32,000 nucleotides of DNA from Longivirga aurantiaca (GTDB lineage: Bacteria > Actinomycetota > Actinomycetes > S36-B12 > CAIYMF01): contig NZ_JBHSTI010000008.1 of assembly GCF_042660085.1 (NCBI RefSeq), positions 210,001-242,000 on the forward strand, written 5' to 3'. Below are positions 1 through 10,370 of this stretch, in pieces. The notes beneath the pieces are model-generated. The model worked only from the letters and a program-made list of their open reading frames with translations. It was not told the DNA's origin and did no database searches. Both the position numbers and the translations under genes were made by a program. Numbering within the stretch: the first letter of the stretch is position 1; every line of letters begins with the position of its first letter.

Positions 1-167
1 CCGGCAAGGGCTCGCCCGAGTGGTGGGTGGCCAACGTCAAGCCCGGACGCGTGATGTTCGAGCTGTCGTTCCCCAACGAGGTAGTGGCACGCGAGGCGCT
101 CACCCGCGCCGCGCACAAGCTGCCCATGAAGTGCCGCATCGTGCGGCGCGAGGCTGGTGACATCTAA
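1..167 (+). CDS. rplP: 50S ribosomal protein L16, 3' end (partial, truncated by window start)
   Basis: Frame 3 reads [54 protein letters not shown], typical L16 C-terminus; directly upstream of rpmC. Confidence 0.96.
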   Translation, partial: GKGSPEWWVANVKPGRVMFELSFPNEVVAREALTRAAHKLPMKCRIVRREAGDI

Positions 168-392
168 ATGGCAACCGGGACCAAGCCGACCGAGCTGCGC
201 ACCCTGACCGACGACGAGCTCGTCGAGAAGCTGCGCGAGGCCAAGGCCGAGCTCTTCAACCTGCGTTTCCAGGCGGCCACCGGCCAGCTGGAGAGCCACG
301 GCCGTCTGCGCGCCGTCCGCACGGACATCGCGCGCATCTACACGATCATGCGCGAGCGCGAGCTCGGGATCACCCCTGTGGGTGCCGCGTGA
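168..392 (+). CDS. rpmC: 50S ribosomal protein L29
   Basis: 74 aa ORF with L29 motifs ([43 protein letters not shown]); syntenic. Confidence 0.97.
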   Translation: MATGTKPTELRTLTDDELVEKLREAKAELFNLRFQAATGQLESHGRLRAVRTDIARIYTIMRERELGITPVGAA

Positions 393-679
393 GCGAGAAC
401 AGCGAGAAGGCAGTGACTGAGACCGACATCCGCGGCTCCCGCAAGACGCGCGAGGGGTACGTCGTCAGCGACAAGATGGACAAGACCGTCGTCGTCGCCG
501 TCGAGGACCGCTTCAAGCACCCGCTGTACGGCAAGGTCGTCCGCCGTACGAGCAAGCTGCACGCCCACGACGAGGCCAACGCGGCCGGCATCGGCGACAA
601 GGTCCTCCTCATGGAGACCCGTCCGCTGTCCGCCACCAAGCGCTGGCGCGTCGTGGAGATCCTCGAGAAGGCCAAGTGA
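389..679 (+). CDS. rpsQ: 30S ribosomal protein S17
   Basis: 96 aa, GTG start overlapping the rpmC stop; [31 protein letters not shown] is typical S17. Confidence 0.97.
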   Translation: MSENSEKAVTETDIRGSRKTREGYVVSDKMDKTVVVAVEDRFKHPLYGKVVRRTSKLHAHDEANAAGIGDKVLLMETRPLSATKRWRVVEILEKAK

Positions 680-683
680 TCCG

Positions 684-711
684 GGGGCGGGCACCGCAGG
701 GTTTCCGCCCC
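684..711 (+). terminator. Candidate weak hairpin after rpsQ (end of S10-type transcription unit)
   Basis: GGGGCGG / CCGCCCC 7-bp arms 5 nt after the rpsQ stop, 14-nt loop; no U-tract. Confidence 0.3.
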
Positions 712-724
712 AAGATCACGAGTT

Positions 725-753
725 TTGGCCCCTGTCCCGGGGCCGACTAGACT
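725..753 (+). promoter_or_regulatory. Candidate promoter for the spc operon (rplN)
   Basis: TTGGCC (725-730), 17-nt spacer, TAGACT (748-753) in the 168-bp rpsQ-rplN gap. Confidence 0.6.
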
Positions 754-847
754 CACCAGGTCCTGCACACGTGCGGGGCCGCACCACACATCCGTTCCGC
801 AAGGCTCGGTCAAGCCGAGAACCGGCGCGACAACAGGAGACAGACAA

Positions 848-1216
848 GTGATCCAGCAGGAGTCGCGACTGCGTGTCGCCGACAACACGGGTGCCAAGGA
901 AATTCTGTGCATCCGCGTTCTCGGCGGTTCCGGTCGACGCTACGCGGGCATCGGCGACGTCATCGTCGCCACCGTGAAGGACGCGATCCCCGGTGGCAAC
1001 GTGAAGAAGGGCGACGTCGTCAAGGCGGTCATCGTGCGCACCAAGAAGGAGCGCCGGCGCCTGGACGGGTCGTACATCCGCTTCGACGAGAACGCCGCCG
1101 TCATCCTCAAGGGCGATGGCGAGCCGCGCGGCACGCGCATCTTCGGCCCGGTGGGCCGCGAGCTGCGCGAGAAGCGCTTCATGAAGATCATCTCGCTGGC
1201 TCCGGAGGTGCTCTGA
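848..1216 (+). CDS. rplN: 50S ribosomal protein L14
   Basis: GTG start; [37 protein letters not shown], 122 aa, canonical L14. Confidence 0.98.
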   Translation: MIQQESRLRVADNTGAKEILCIRVLGGSGRRYAGIGDVIVATVKDAIPGGNVKKGDVVKAVIVRTKKERRRLDGSYIRFDENAAVILKGDGEPRGTRIFGPVGRELREKRFMKIISLAPEVL

Positions 1217-1217
1217 C

Positions 1218-1580
1218 ATGGGCTCGCTGAACATCAAGAAGGGTGACCTCGTCCAGGTCATCACGGGCAAGGACAAGGGCGTCCAGGGCAAGGTCATCGC
1301 CGTCCTGGTCGAGGCCGACAAGGTCCTCGTCGAGGGTGTCAACCGGATCAAGAAGCACACGAAGGTCGGCCAGACCACGCGTGGTGCCAAGACCGGCGGC
1401 ATCGTGACCCAGGAGGCCCCGATCCACGTCTCGAACGTGCAGCTCGTGGACCCCTCGGACAACCGCCCCACCCGCGTCGGCTTCCGTCGTGAGGTGGTCA
1501 CCAAGACCCGTCCCGACGGCACGTCGTACGAGACCTCGCGTTCCGTGCGCGTCTCCAAGCGCACCGGTAAGGACATCTGA
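1218..1580 (+). CDS. rplX: 50S ribosomal protein L24
   Basis: 120 aa, [23 protein letters not shown] motif. Confidence 0.97.
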   Translation: MGSLNIKKGDLVQVITGKDKGVQGKVIAVLVEADKVLVEGVNRIKKHTKVGQTTRGAKTGGIVTQEAPIHVSNVQLVDPSDNRPTRVGFRREVVTKTRPDGTSYETSRSVRVSKRTGKDI

Positions 1581-2158
1581 TGACGACCGAGACCACTGCG
1601 TCCACGGAGACCGCGATCCCGCGTCTCAAGACCCGGTACCGCGAGGAGATCATCCCCACGCTGCGTGAGGAGTTCGCCTTCGCGAACGTCATGCAGGTCC
1701 CGGGCCTCACCAAGATCGTGGTGAACATGGGTGTCGGCGAGGCTGCTCGCGACTCCAAGCTCATCGAGGGTGCCATCAAGGACCTCGCCGCGATCACCGG
1801 CCAGAAGCCGCAGGTGACCAAGGCGCGCAAGTCGATCGCCCAGTTCAAGCTGCGCGAGGGGATGCCGATCGGCGCCCACGTCACGCTGCGCGGCGACCGC
1901 ATGTGGGAGTTCCTCGACCGGCTGCTGTCGGTCGCGCTCCCGCGCATCCGCGACTTCCGCGGCCTGTCCGCGACCCAGTTCGACGGTCGCGGCAACTACA
2001 CGTTCGGTCTCAACGAGCAGTCCATGTTCCACGAGATCGACCAGGACGCCATCGACCGCGTCCGCGGCATGGACATCACGGTGGTCACCACCGCGTCCAC
2101 CGACGACGAGGGCCGTGCGCTCCTGAAGCACCTCGGCTTCCCCTTCAAGGAGAACTGA
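1580..2158 (+). CDS. rplE: 50S ribosomal protein L5
   Basis: 192 aa, [19 protein letters not shown]...ITGQKP...[28 protein letters not shown]-type L5 signature. Confidence 0.98.
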   Translation: MTTETTASTETAIPRLKTRYREEIIPTLREEFAFANVMQVPGLTKIVVNMGVGEAARDSKLIEGAIKDLAAITGQKPQVTKARKSIAQFKLREGMPIGAHVTLRGDRMWEFLDRLLSVALPRIRDFRGLSATQFDGRGNYTFGLNEQSMFHEIDQDAIDRVRGMDITVVTTASTDDEGRALLKHLGFPFKEN

Positions 2159-2160
2159 CC

Positions 2161-2346
2161 GTGGCGAAGACTGCTCTGATCAACAAGGCGAACAAGAAGC
2201 CCAAGTTCGCCGTCCGTGGCTACACCCGGTGCAACCGCTGCGGCCGTCCGCACTCGGTCTACCGCAAGTTCGGCCTCTGCCGGATCTGCCTGCGCGAGAT
2301 GGCGCACGCCGGCGAGCTGCCCGGCATCACCAAGAGCTCCTGGTAA
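2161..2346 (+). CDS. rpsZ: 30S ribosomal protein S14 type Z (zinc-binding)
   Basis: 61 aa from GTG 2161; [39 protein letters not shown], two CxxC knuckles. Confidence 0.95.
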   Translation: MAKTALINKANKKPKFAVRGYTRCNRCGRPHSVYRKFGLCRICLREMAHAGELPGITKSSW

Positions 2347-2415
2347 CACCCCCCGACGCCGCAGGTCCTGCTCGAGGTACGAGCGGGATACCACGGTGAG
2401 AGAGGCCCTTCGGCC

Positions 2416-2814
2416 ATGACGATGACTGACCCGATCGCAGACATGCTCACGCGTCTGCGCAACGCCAACACGGCGTACCACGACGCAGTCGTGATGCCCC
2501 ACTCGAAGATCAAGGCCGGTATCGCCGAGATCCTCAAGCAGGAGGGCTACATCGCCGGCTGGCGCGTCGAGGACGCCGAGGTCGGCAAGAGCCTCGTGCT
2601 CGACCTCAAGTTCGGCCCGAGCCGCGAGCGCTCGATCGCCGGCGTCCGCCGCGTGTCCAAGCCCGGCCTTCGCGTGTACGCGAAGAGCACCGCGCTGCCC
2701 AAGGTCCTCGGTGGCCTCGGCGTCGCGATCATCTCCACGTCGTCCGGTCTGCTGACTGACAAGCAGGCCGCCAAGAAGGGTGTAGGCGGGGAAGTCCTCG
2801 CCTACGTCTGGTAG
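2416..2814 (+). CDS. rpsH: 30S ribosomal protein S8
   Basis: 132 aa, [14 protein letters not shown]...[17 protein letters not shown]-type S8 signatures. Confidence 0.98.
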   Translation: MTMTDPIADMLTRLRNANTAYHDAVVMPHSKIKAGIAEILKQEGYIAGWRVEDAEVGKSLVLDLKFGPSRERSIAGVRRVSKPGLRVYAKSTALPKVLGGLGVAIISTSSGLLTDKQAAKKGVGGEVLAYVW

Positions 2815-2832
2815 CGGGAAGGAGTACCAAGC

Positions 2833-3372
2833 ATGTCGCGCATCGGTCGTATGCCCATCTCCGTCCCGTCGGGCGTCTCCGTCGATATCGACGGGTCCAC
2901 GGTCACGGTCAAGGGCCCCAAGGGCACCCTCAGCCACGAGGTCGCCAGCCCCATCGAGGTCGCCAAGGACGAGGACGGCACCCTCACGGTGACCCGCCCC
3001 AACGACGAGCGCCTCTCGCGCTCGCTCCACGGCCTCACCCGCACCCTGGTGTCGAACATGGTCGTCGGTGTCACCGACGGCTACACCAAGGCGCTGGAGA
3101 TCTCGGGCACGGGTTACCGCGTCGTCGCCAAGGGCACGGACCTCGAGTTCGCCCTCGGCTACAGCCACCCCATCCTCATCGAGGCGCCCGAGGGCATCTC
3201 GTTCGCCGTGGAGAGCCCCACCAAGTTCTCCGTCTCCGGCATCGACAAGCAGCAGGTCGGCGAGGTCGCCGCCACGCTGCGCAAGCTGCGCAAGCCCGAC
3301 CCGTACAAGGGCAAGGGTGTGCGCTACGCCGGCGAGGTCATCCGCCGCAAGGCCGGAAAGGCGGGTAAGTAA
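2833..3372 (+). CDS. rplF: 50S ribosomal protein L6
   Basis: 179 aa, [21 protein letters not shown]...[25 protein letters not shown]. Confidence 0.98.
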   Translation: MSRIGRMPISVPSGVSVDIDGSTVTVKGPKGTLSHEVASPIEVAKDEDGTLTVTRPNDERLSRSLHGLTRTLVSNMVVGVTDGYTKALEISGTGYRVVAKGTDLEFALGYSHPILIEAPEGISFAVESPTKFSVSGIDKQQVGEVAATLRKLRKPDPYKGKGVRYAGEVIRRKAGKAGK

Positions 3373-3374
3373 CC

Positions 3375-3755
3375 ATGCCCATCGTCACGAAGCTCGGCTC
3401 GGGCAACAAGAAGGCGGTGGCGCGCAAGCGTCGCCACACCCGGGTCCGCAAGAAGGTCACCGGCTCGGCCGCTCGTCCGCGCCTGGTCGTCAGCCGTTCC
3501 GCCCGTCACCTGTTCGTTCAGGTCGTCGACGACGCGGCGGGCACCACGCTCGCGTACGCCTCGACCATGGAGGCCGACCTCCGCGCGTTCGACGGTGACA
3601 AGAGCGCGAAGGCCAAGAAGGTCGGGGAGCTGGTCGCCGAGCGCGCCAAGTCCGCCGGCATCGACACCGTGGTCTTCGACCGCGGTGGCAACAAGTACCA
3701 CGGCCGCGTCGCGGCCCTCGCCGACGGCGCCCGCGAGGGCGGCCTCGCGTTCTGA
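3375..3755 (+). CDS. rplR: 50S ribosomal protein L18
   Basis: 126 aa, [20 protein letters not shown]...[26 protein letters not shown]. Confidence 0.98.
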   Translation: MPIVTKLGSGNKKAVARKRRHTRVRKKVTGSAARPRLVVSRSARHLFVQVVDDAAGTTLAYASTMEADLRAFDGDKSAKAKKVGELVAERAKSAGIDTVVFDRGGNKYHGRVAALADGAREGGLAF

Positions 3756-3787
3756 CGCGAACGACGAATACGAAGGAAGAGGTAGTC

Positions 3788-4399
3788 ATGGCTGCAGCCC
3801 AGCGCCGCGGAGGCGGCGCCGGCGGCAACGAGCGGGGCGGTCGCGATCGTCGCGACGGCAAGGGTCCCGTGGCGGAGAAGTCCGCCTTCGTCGAGCGCGT
3901 CGTCACGATCAACCGCGTGGCCAAGGTCGTCAAGGGCGGTCGTCGCTTCAGCTTCACGGCCCTGGTGGTCGTGGGCGACGGCGACGGCACGGTCGGCGTC
4001 GGGTACGGGAAGGCCAAGGAGGTGCCCGCGGCGATCGCCAAGGGTGTCGAGGAGGCCAAGAAGAACTTCTTCAAGGTTCCCCGGATCCAGGGCACGATCC
4101 CTCACCCGATCACCGGCGAGGCCGCGGCGGGCGTCGTCCTGCTGCGTCCCGCTGCTCCCGGTACCGGCGTCATCGCCGGTGGCCCGGTGCGCGCCGTGCT
4201 CGAGTGCGCCGGCATCCACGACGTGCTGAGCAAGTCGCTCGGCTCGGACAACGCGATCAACGTCGTCCACGCGACGGTCGCGGCCCTCAAGGGCCTCGAG
4301 CGTCCCGAGGAGGTGGCGGCCCGCCGTGGCCTGCCGCTCGAGGACGTCGCCCCGGCCGCGCTCCTGCGCGCCCGCGCTGCTGGTCTGGCGGGTGCGTGA
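3788..4399 (+). CDS. rpsE: 30S ribosomal protein S5
   Basis: 203 aa, [43 protein letters not shown]. Confidence 0.98.
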   Translation: MAAAQRRGGGAGGNERGGRDRRDGKGPVAEKSAFVERVVTINRVAKVVKGGRRFSFTALVVVGDGDGTVGVGYGKAKEVPAAIAKGVEEAKKNFFKVPRIQGTIPHPITGEAAAGVVLLRPAAPGTGVIAGGPVRAVLECAGIHDVLSKSLGSDNAINVVHATVAALKGLERPEEVAARRGLPLEDVAPAALLRARAAGLAGA

Positions 4400-4581
4400 T
4401 GGCTCGGCTCAAGGTCACGCAGCTCCGTTCGGAGATCGGCGGCAAGCAGAACCAGCGCGACTCCCTGCGTTCGCTGGGGCTCAAGCGCATCGGTGACGTC
4501 GTGGTGAAGGAGGACCGTCCCGAGATCCGTGGGATGGTCAACGTCGTCTCCCACCTCGTCAAGGTCGAGGAGGTCGACTGA
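4399..4581 (+). CDS. rpmD: 50S ribosomal protein L30
   Basis: 60 aa [60 protein letters not shown]; ATG overlaps the rpsE stop. Confidence 0.97.
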   Translation: MARLKVTQLRSEIGGKQNQRDSLRSLGLKRIGDVVVKEDRPEIRGMVNVVSHLVKVEEVD

Positions 4582-4582
4582 C

Positions 4583-5023
4583 ATGACTCTCAAGGTCCAC
4601 CACCTGCGCCCCGCACCGGGCGCCAAGACTGCCAAGACCCGCGTGGGTCGTGGTGAGGCGTCCAAGGGCAAGACCGCCGGTCGCGGCACCAAGGGCACCA
4701 AGGCCCGCTACCAGGTTCCCGCGTCCTTCGAGGGCGGGCAGATGCCGCTGCACATGCGGCTGCCCAAGCTCAAGGGCTTCAAGAACCCCAACAAGGTCGA
4801 GTTCCAGGTCGTCAACGTCGCCCAGCTCGCCGCCCTCTTCCCCGAGGGTGGCACCGTGGGTGTCGACGAGCTGGTGGCCGCTGGCGCCGTTCGCAAGAAC
4901 CAGCCGGTCAAGGTCCTCGGCAACGGCGAGATCGGCGTGAAGCTGCAGGTCAGCGCCCACGCGTTCTCCGACGTCGCCAAGAGCAAGATCGCTGCTGCCG
5001 GCGGCTCGGCCACCGAGCTGTAG
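4583..5023 (+). CDS. rplO: 50S ribosomal protein L15
   Basis: 146 aa, [40 protein letters not shown]. Confidence 0.97.
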   Translation: MTLKVHHLRPAPGAKTAKTRVGRGEASKGKTAGRGTKGTKARYQVPASFEGGQMPLHMRLPKLKGFKNPNKVEFQVVNVAQLAALFPEGGTVGVDELVAAGAVRKNQPVKVLGNGEIGVKLQVSAHAFSDVAKSKIAAAGGSATEL

Positions 5024-5059
5024 GCACCCAGCACCGAGGCGCGCAGCACACCTGCACCT

Positions 5060-5106
5060 GAGAAGGGCGTCCCGGCGTCGTAACCGACGCCCGGGGCGCC
5101 CTTCTC
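5060..5106 (+). terminator. Strong hairpin between rplO and secY, candidate intrinsic terminator
   Basis: GAGAAGGGCG...CGCCCTTCTC outer arms, inner TCCCGG/CCGGGG and CGTCG/CGACG with a single C bulge, TAAC loop; about 21 bp of pairing, followed by GTTT. Confidence 0.75.
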
Positions 5107-5237
5107 GTTTCGGCTGTTAGGCTCACGGAGCCTGTGAGGGAGACCTCCTGGGCCCTGCACCACACCGCGCGGCACCGTCGCGCGGCCGGATCGTCGTCAC
5201 ACCGGGACGCCAGTCGGGCGTCCACCAGGAGGGGCTC

Positions 5238-6533
5238 GTGCTTTCCGCGTTCGCGTCGGCGTTCCGTACGCCGGACCTGCGCAAGAAGCTTCTGTTCACC
5301 CTCGGCATCATCGCGCTGTTCCGCCTCGGGTCGGTCGTGCCGACGCCGGGCGTGGACTACACAGCGATCCAGCGATGCATCGAGCAGGTCCAGGACAACT
5401 CGCTGTACGGGATGATCAACCTGTTCAGCGGCGGAGCGCTGCTGCAGCTCTCGGTCTTCGCGCTCGGGATCATGCCGTACATCACGGCGTCGATCATCAT
5501 CCAGCTGCTGACGGTGGTGATCCCTCGGCTCGAGTCGCTGCGCCAGGAGGGTCAGTCCGGCCAGGCCAAGCTGACGCAGTACACCCGCTACCTCACGGTG
5601 GCGCTCGCGATCCTGCAGTCCACCGGCATCGTCGCGCTGGCGCGCGTGCCCGGGCGCCTGTTCTCCGGCTGCAACGAGACGATCCTCGTCAACGAGTCGA
5701 TCGTGCTCATCATCCAGATGATCCTGGTGATGACCGCCGGCACCGCCGTCATCATGTGGCTCGGCGAGCTCATCACCGACCGCGGCGTCGGCAACGGCAT
5801 GTCGCTGCTGATCTTCACCTCGATCATCTCGACGTTCCCCGGCCAGCTCTGGCAGATCTGGACCATCAACGGCATCTTCACCTTCGCGATGGTGCTGCTC
5901 GTGGGTATCGCCACGATCGCGGGTGTGGTCTACGTCGAGCAGGCCCAACGGCGAATCCCCGTGCAGTACGCCAAGCGCATGGTGGGCCGGCGCATGTACG
6001 GCGGCACCAGCACGTACATCCCGCTCAAGGTCAACATGGCCGGCGTCATCCCGGTCATCTTCGCCTCGTCGCTGCTGTACGTCCCGCAGCTCATCGTGCA
6101 GATGTCGGGCAGCCAGGGCTCGTTCGCGCAGTGGCTGCTGCAGAACTTCTCCAACGGCACCGAGCCGCTGTACCTGGTGGTCTACTTCCTGCTCATCCTG
6201 TTCTTCACCTACTTCTACGTCGCCATCACGTTCAACCCCGTCGAGGTGGCCGACAACATGAAGCAGTACGGCGGCTTCGTGCCCGGCATCCGTGCCGGCA
6301 AGCCGACCGCCGAGTACCTCGACTACGTGCTGACCCGCATCACCCTGCCGGGTGCGCTGTACCTCGCGGTCATCGCGATCATCCCGTTCGTGGCGTTCGC
6401 CTTCCTCGGCGTCGGGCAGCGCTTCATCTTCGGCGGCACCTCCCTGCTGATCATGGTGGGAGTCGGCCTCGATACGGTGAAGCAGATCGAGTCCCAGCTC
6501 CAGCAGCGCAACTACGAGGGGTTCCTTCGTTGA
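5238..6533 (+). CDS. secY: Preprotein translocase subunit SecY
   Basis: 431 aa from GTG; multi-TM, LFRLGSVVPTPGVD, FGGTSLLIMVGVGLDTVKQIESQL. Confidence 0.98.
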   Translation: MLSAFASAFRTPDLRKKLLFTLGIIALFRLGSVVPTPGVDYTAIQRCIEQVQDNSLYGMINLFSGGALLQLSVFALGIMPYITASIIIQLLTVVIPRLESLRQEGQSGQAKLTQYTRYLTVALAILQSTGIVALARVPGRLFSGCNETILVNESIVLIIQMILVMTAGTAVIMWLGELITDRGVGNGMSLLIFTSIISTFPGQLWQIWTINGIFTFAMVLLVGIATIAGVVYVEQAQRRIPVQYAKRMVGRRMYGGTSTYIPLKVNMAGVIPVIFASSLLYVPQLIVQMSGSQGSFAQWLLQNFSNGTEPLYLVVYFLLILFFTYFYVAITFNPVEVADNMKQYGGFVPGIRAGKPTAEYLDYVLTRITLPGALYLAVIAIIPFVAFAFLGVGQRFIFGGTSLLIMVGVGLDTVKQIESQLQQRNYEGFLR

Positions 6534-7096
6534 GCAGAGTCGTCCTGATGGGCCCTCCCGGGGCCGGCAAGGGAACGCAGGCAGTCGTCGTCGCGGCACG
6601 CCTCGGCATCCCGCACGTCTCGACGGGCGACATCTTCCGGGCCAACGTCACCGAGGGCACGCCCCTCGGGATCGAGGCCAAGCGCTACATGGACGCCGGC
6701 GAGTACGTGCCGGACTCCATCACCAACGCCATGGTCCGCGACCGGATCGCCCAGCCCGACGCCGAGCCCGGCTTCCTGCTCGACGGCTACCCGCGCACGG
6801 TCGCGCAGGTCGACGAGCTGGCCGGCATGCTGGCCGAGCACGGCACCGCGCTCGACCACGTGATCGAGCTGACCGTCGACGTCGACGAGGTCGTCGGCCG
6901 CCTGCTCAAGCGGGCCGCCGAGCAGGGGCGCAGCGACGACACCGAGGACGTCGTGCGCCGCCGCCTCGAGGTCTACTTCGAGCAGACCGCGCCGCTCACC
7001 GCCATCTACGCCCAGCAGGGCCTGCTCGTGCAGGTCGACGGCATGGGCTCGGTGCAGGACGTCACCGCCCGCGTGCTCGCCGCCCTCGGCGCCTGA
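6530..7096 (+). CDS. adk: Adenylate kinase
   Basis: TTG start overlapping the secY stop: MSRVVLMGPPGAGKGTQ...STGDIFR...GFLLDGYPRTVAQ. Confidence 0.95.
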   Translation: MSRVVLMGPPGAGKGTQAVVVAARLGIPHVSTGDIFRANVTEGTPLGIEAKRYMDAGEYVPDSITNAMVRDRIAQPDAEPGFLLDGYPRTVAQVDELAGMLAEHGTALDHVIELTVDVDEVVGRLLKRAAEQGRSDDTEDVVRRRLEVYFEQTAPLTAIYAQQGLLVQVDGMGSVQDVTARVLAALGA

Positions 7097-7113
7097 CCGA
7101 CTCGTCGTACCCC

Positions 7114-7950
7114 GTGTTCCGCCGCAAGGACCGCATCGAGGTCAAGACGCCCGAGCAGATCCTGCTCATGCGCGCGGCCGGACTCGTGGTCGGCCGCACC
7201 CTCGAGCTCCTGCGCGAGAGCGTGCGCCCCGGCATCACCACCGGGCAGCTCGACGCCATCGCCGAGGAGTCGATCCGCTCTGCCGGCGCGGTGCCGTCGT
7301 TCCTCGGCTACCACGGCTACCCGGCGTCGATCTGCGCCTCGGTCAACGACGAGGTCGTGCACGGCATCCCGGGCGACCGGGTCCTGCTCGACGGCGACCA
7401 GGTCTCGATCGACTGCGGAGCGATCGTCTCGGGGTGGCACGGCGACGCCGCCATCACCGTGGGGGTGGGCGAGGTGTCCGCTGCGCACGTCGAGCTCTCC
7501 CGCGTGACCGAGGAGGCCCTCTGGCGCGGTCTCGCGGCGGCGGTGTCCGGCAGCACGGTGCGCGACATCGGCATCGCGGTCGAGTCGTACGTGCGGGCCC
7601 AGCCCGGCGGCGACGACTACGGCATCGTCGAGGAGTACGTCGGTCACGGCATCGGCACCTCGATGCACATGGACCCGAACGTCCCCAACTACGACCATGG
7701 CGGCAAGAGCCCGTCGCTGGTGCCGGGGATGGCGCTCGCGATCGAGCCCATGGTCTGCGCCGGCGGCCGCCTCACCCGCACGCTCGAGGACGACTGGACG
7801 GTCGTGACCCAGGACGGTCAGCGGGCGTGCCACTGGGAGCACACCGTGGCGATCACGCCCGAGGGCCCGTGGGTGCTCACCGCCCTGGACGGGGGAGCGG
7901 CCCGGTTCGCCGCCCTCGGGGTCCCCAGCCCCGCCGCCGACCGCGCCTGA
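7114..7950 (+). CDS. map: Methionine aminopeptidase type I
   Basis: 278 aa; GYPASICASVNDEVVHGIP, VSIDCGA..DAA.T, GHGIG, EPM...EHT metal/catalytic motifs. Confidence 0.96.
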   Translation: MFRRKDRIEVKTPEQILLMRAAGLVVGRTLELLRESVRPGITTGQLDAIAEESIRSAGAVPSFLGYHGYPASICASVNDEVVHGIPGDRVLLDGDQVSIDCGAIVSGWHGDAAITVGVGEVSAAHVELSRVTEEALWRGLAAAVSGSTVRDIGIAVESYVRAQPGGDDYGIVEEYVGHGIGTSMHMDPNVPNYDHGGKSPSLVPGMALAIEPMVCAGGRLTRTLEDDWTVVTQDGQRACHWEHTVAITPEGPWVLTALDGGAARFAALGVPSPAADRA

Positions 7951-8033
7951 CGGCCCTCGCGCCCGGAATGTCCGGTATGCACCGCCGGTCCGGACCATGA
8001 TCACCGGATTAGTCCCCTGGGGGCTCCCTGGCG

Positions 8034-8039
8034 TAGACT
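8034..8039 (+). promoter_or_regulatory. Candidate -10 element upstream of infA
   Basis: GCGTAGACTC identical in core (TAGACT) to the rplN promoter candidate; no clear -35; lies in a 218-bp map-infA gap. Confidence 0.45.
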
Positions 8040-8168
8040 CGCTCCTCGGCTCACCTGAGTCGCGACCCGTCACGCCCACGGCCCTGCCCAGCAGGAGCGT
8101 GAGCGGTGCGGGGAGCGTCGCTACGAGTCGCCAAGGTAACGCAGCCGACACGGACGAAGTGCGAGGAC

Positions 8169-8390
8169 ATGCCCAAGAAAGACGGTGCCATCGAGCTCGA
8201 AGGCACGATCACGGAGTCTCTCCCGAACGCCATGTTCCGGGTGGAGCTCGACAACGGGCACAAGGTCCTCGCGCACATCAGCGGGAAGATGCGGATGCAC
8301 TACATCCGGATCCTTCCCGATGACCGGGTCGTCGTGGAGCTCTCGCCCTACGACCTGACCCGCGGCCGGATCGTCTACCGCTACAAGTAA
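8169..8390 (+). CDS. infA: Translation initiation factor IF-1
   Basis: 73 aa [73 protein letters not shown]. Confidence 0.98.
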   Translation: MPKKDGAIELEGTITESLPNAMFRVELDNGHKVLAHISGKMRMHYIRILPDDRVVVELSPYDLTRGRIVYRYK

Positions 8391-8465
8391 GCCAGCACCA
8401 CCTCCGTCCACCCCTAGACGCACGGGCGCACGAGCCGCCTGGCCCGTACACCCGTGGAGAGACAG

Positions 8466-8579
8466 ATGAAGGTCAACCCGAGCGTCAAGAAGATCTGCGA
8501 CAAGTGCAAGGTGATCCGCCGTCACGGTCGGGTCATGGTCATCTGCGAGAACCCGCGCCACAAGCAGCGTCAGGGCTGA
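8466..8579 (+). CDS. rpmJ: 50S ribosomal protein L36 (zinc-ribbon C+ form)
   Basis: 37 aa [37 protein letters not shown]; too short for the supplied ORF track. Confidence 0.96.
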   Translation: MKVNPSVKKICDKCKVIRRHGRVMVICENPRHKQRQG

Positions 8580-8758
8580 TCGCAGGCCGGGAGCGATCCC
8601 GGTCGTCGCACCAGCACACGCAGTACCCGACCCCCGCGCAGCCCACGTGCCGCGTGCGGGACGCCACCCTCGGCCCGGAGGCCGAGGACCCACCTAGGCG
8701 GGTGGGACCGGTACTGCTCCGAGACCTCCGGACGAAACTGGAAGAGAGAAACCGCCCG

Positions 8759-9139
8759 ATGGCACGTCTCGTCGGCGTCGACCTCCCCCGCGACAAGCGG
8801 CTCGAGGTTGCGCTCACCTACATCTACGGGATCGGCAAGACCCGTGCTCAGCAGACGCTCGACGCCACCGGCATCAGCCCGGACGTCCGCGTGAAGGACC
8901 TCTCAGACGAGGACCTGATCAAGCTGCGCGACTGGCTCGAGGCCAACTACAAGACCGAGGGTGACCTCCGTCGCGAGGTTGCCGCTGACATCCGCCGCAA
9001 GGTGGAGATCGGTTGCTACCAGGGCCTTCGGCACCGCCGCGGCCTCCCGGTCCGCGGGCAGCGCACGCACACCAACGCGCGCACCCGCAAGGGCCCGAAG
9101 AAGACCGTGGCCGGCAAGAAGAAGGCCGGCAAGAAGTAG
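8759..9139 (+). CDS. rpsM: 30S ribosomal protein S13
   Basis: [34 protein letters not shown]...[29 protein letters not shown]. Confidence 0.98.
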   Translation: MARLVGVDLPRDKRLEVALTYIYGIGKTRAQQTLDATGISPDVRVKDLSDEDLIKLRDWLEANYKTEGDLRREVAADIRRKVEIGCYQGLRHRRGLPVRGQRTHTNARTRKGPKKTVAGKKKAGKK

Positions 9140-9210
9140 TAGTCCGACGGTCCTGCGCGCACAGATGCCGCGACCGAAGGGCCGATGACCTCAACCAGAA
9201 CGGATAGTCG

Positions 9211-9618
9211 ATGCCTCCCAAGAGCCGTACGGCTGCGGGCGCCAAGAAGGTGCGCCGCAAGGAGAAGAAGAACGTGGCCCATGGCCACGCGCACATCAAG
9301 AGCACGTTCAACAACACGATCGTCTCGATCACGGACCCGACCGGCGCCGTGATCTCGTGGGCCTCGTCGGGTCAGGTGGGCTTCAAGGGCTCGCGCAAGA
9401 GCACGCCCTTCGCCGCCCAGCTGGCCGCCGAGGCGGCTGCCCGTCGTGCCATGGAGCACGGCATGAAGAAGGTCGACGTGTTCGTGAAGGGCCCGGGTTC
9501 GGGCCGCGAGACCGCGATCCGCTCGCTGCAGGCAGCGGGCCTCGAGGTCGGCACGATCCAGGACGTCACCCCCAGCCCGCACAACGGCTGCCGCCCGCCC
9601 AAGCGCCGCCGCGTCTGA
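9211..9618 (+). CDS. rpsK: 30S ribosomal protein S11
   Basis: 135 aa, [43 protein letters not shown]...[11 protein letters not shown]. Confidence 0.98.
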   Translation: MPPKSRTAAGAKKVRRKEKKNVAHGHAHIKSTFNNTIVSITDPTGAVISWASSGQVGFKGSRKSTPFAAQLAAEAAARRAMEHGMKKVDVFVKGPGSGRETAIRSLQAAGLEVGTIQDVTPSPHNGCRPPKRRRV

Positions 9619-9643
9619 CCCGCGAGAGAGAGACTTTCCCACC

Positions 9644-10270
9644 ATGGCCCGTTACACCGGGGCGGACTGCAAGCGCTGCCGCCGCGAGAAGACCAAGCTG
9701 TTCCTCAAGGGCGCGAAGTGCGATTCGCCGAAGTGCCCGATGGAGTCGCGTCCCTACCCGCCCGGCCAGCACGGCCGCGGTCGTACCAAGGACAGCGAGT
9801 ACCTGCTGCAGAAGCGCGAGAAGCAGAAGTGCGCGCGCATCTACGGCGTGCTCGAGAAGCAGTTCCGTGGTTACTACGAGGAGGCCCAGCGCAAGCAGGG
9901 CAAGACCGGCGAGAACCTTCTCCGCATCCTTGAGACCCGCCTCGACAACGTCGTGTACCGCGCCGGCTTCGCCGCCAGCCGTGACATGGCCCGTCAGCTG
10001 GTCCGCCACGGGCACATCACCGTGAACGGCAAGAAGGTCGACATCCCGTCCTTCCGCGTCTCGGCCAACGACATCGTCGAGGTCCGTGCCGCCAGCCGTG
10101 AGCTCACCCCGTTCGTGGTCGCCCACGCCCAGCTCGGCGAGCGTGCCGTCCCGGCGTGGCTCGAGGTCATCCCCTCGCGGATGCGCGTGCTCGTCCACTC
10201 CCTGCCCGAGCGTGCGGTCATCGACACGCAGGTGCAGGAGCAGCTGATCGTCGAGCTCTACTCGAAGTGA
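9644..10270 (+). CDS. rpsD: 30S ribosomal protein S4 (Cys-containing)
   Basis: 208 aa, [43 protein letters not shown]; S4 RNA-binding domain [26 protein letters not shown]. Confidence 0.98.
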   Translation: MARYTGADCKRCRREKTKLFLKGAKCDSPKCPMESRPYPPGQHGRGRTKDSEYLLQKREKQKCARIYGVLEKQFRGYYEEAQRKQGKTGENLLRILETRLDNVVYRAGFAASRDMARQLVRHGHITVNGKKVDIPSFRVSANDIVEVRAASRELTPFVVAHAQLGERAVPAWLEVIPSRMRVLVHSLPERAVIDTQVQEQLIVELYSK

Positions 10271-10277
10271 CGTGGGT

Positions 10278-10303
10278 CGGCGCCTGCCTCCGGGCAGGCG
10301 CCG
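10278..10303 (+). terminator. Hairpin after rpsD, candidate terminator/attenuator before rpoA
   Basis: CGGCGCCTGCC-TCCG-GGCAGGCGCCG, 11-bp perfect stem 8 nt after the rpsD stop. Confidence 0.55.
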
Positions 10304-10370
10304 GCACCGGCACCACCCCCGCCACTTTTATGCAGGCGTCAAATAGCGGACGCCTCGAAAGGACAACCAC

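Noticed and set aside
716-2131. 471-aa minus-strand ORF opposite rplN-rplX-rplE
   Set aside because: Shadow ORF opposite three canonical ribosomal protein genes.
4950-6599. 549-aa minus-strand ORF opposite secY
   Set aside because: Shadow ORF; His/Asp/Arg-rich because it is antisense to a hydrophobic membrane protein.
5375-7096. 573-aa plus-strand ORF overlapping secY
   Set aside because: Only its 3' part from TTG 6530 is real (adk); the upstream part is an out-of-frame read of secY.
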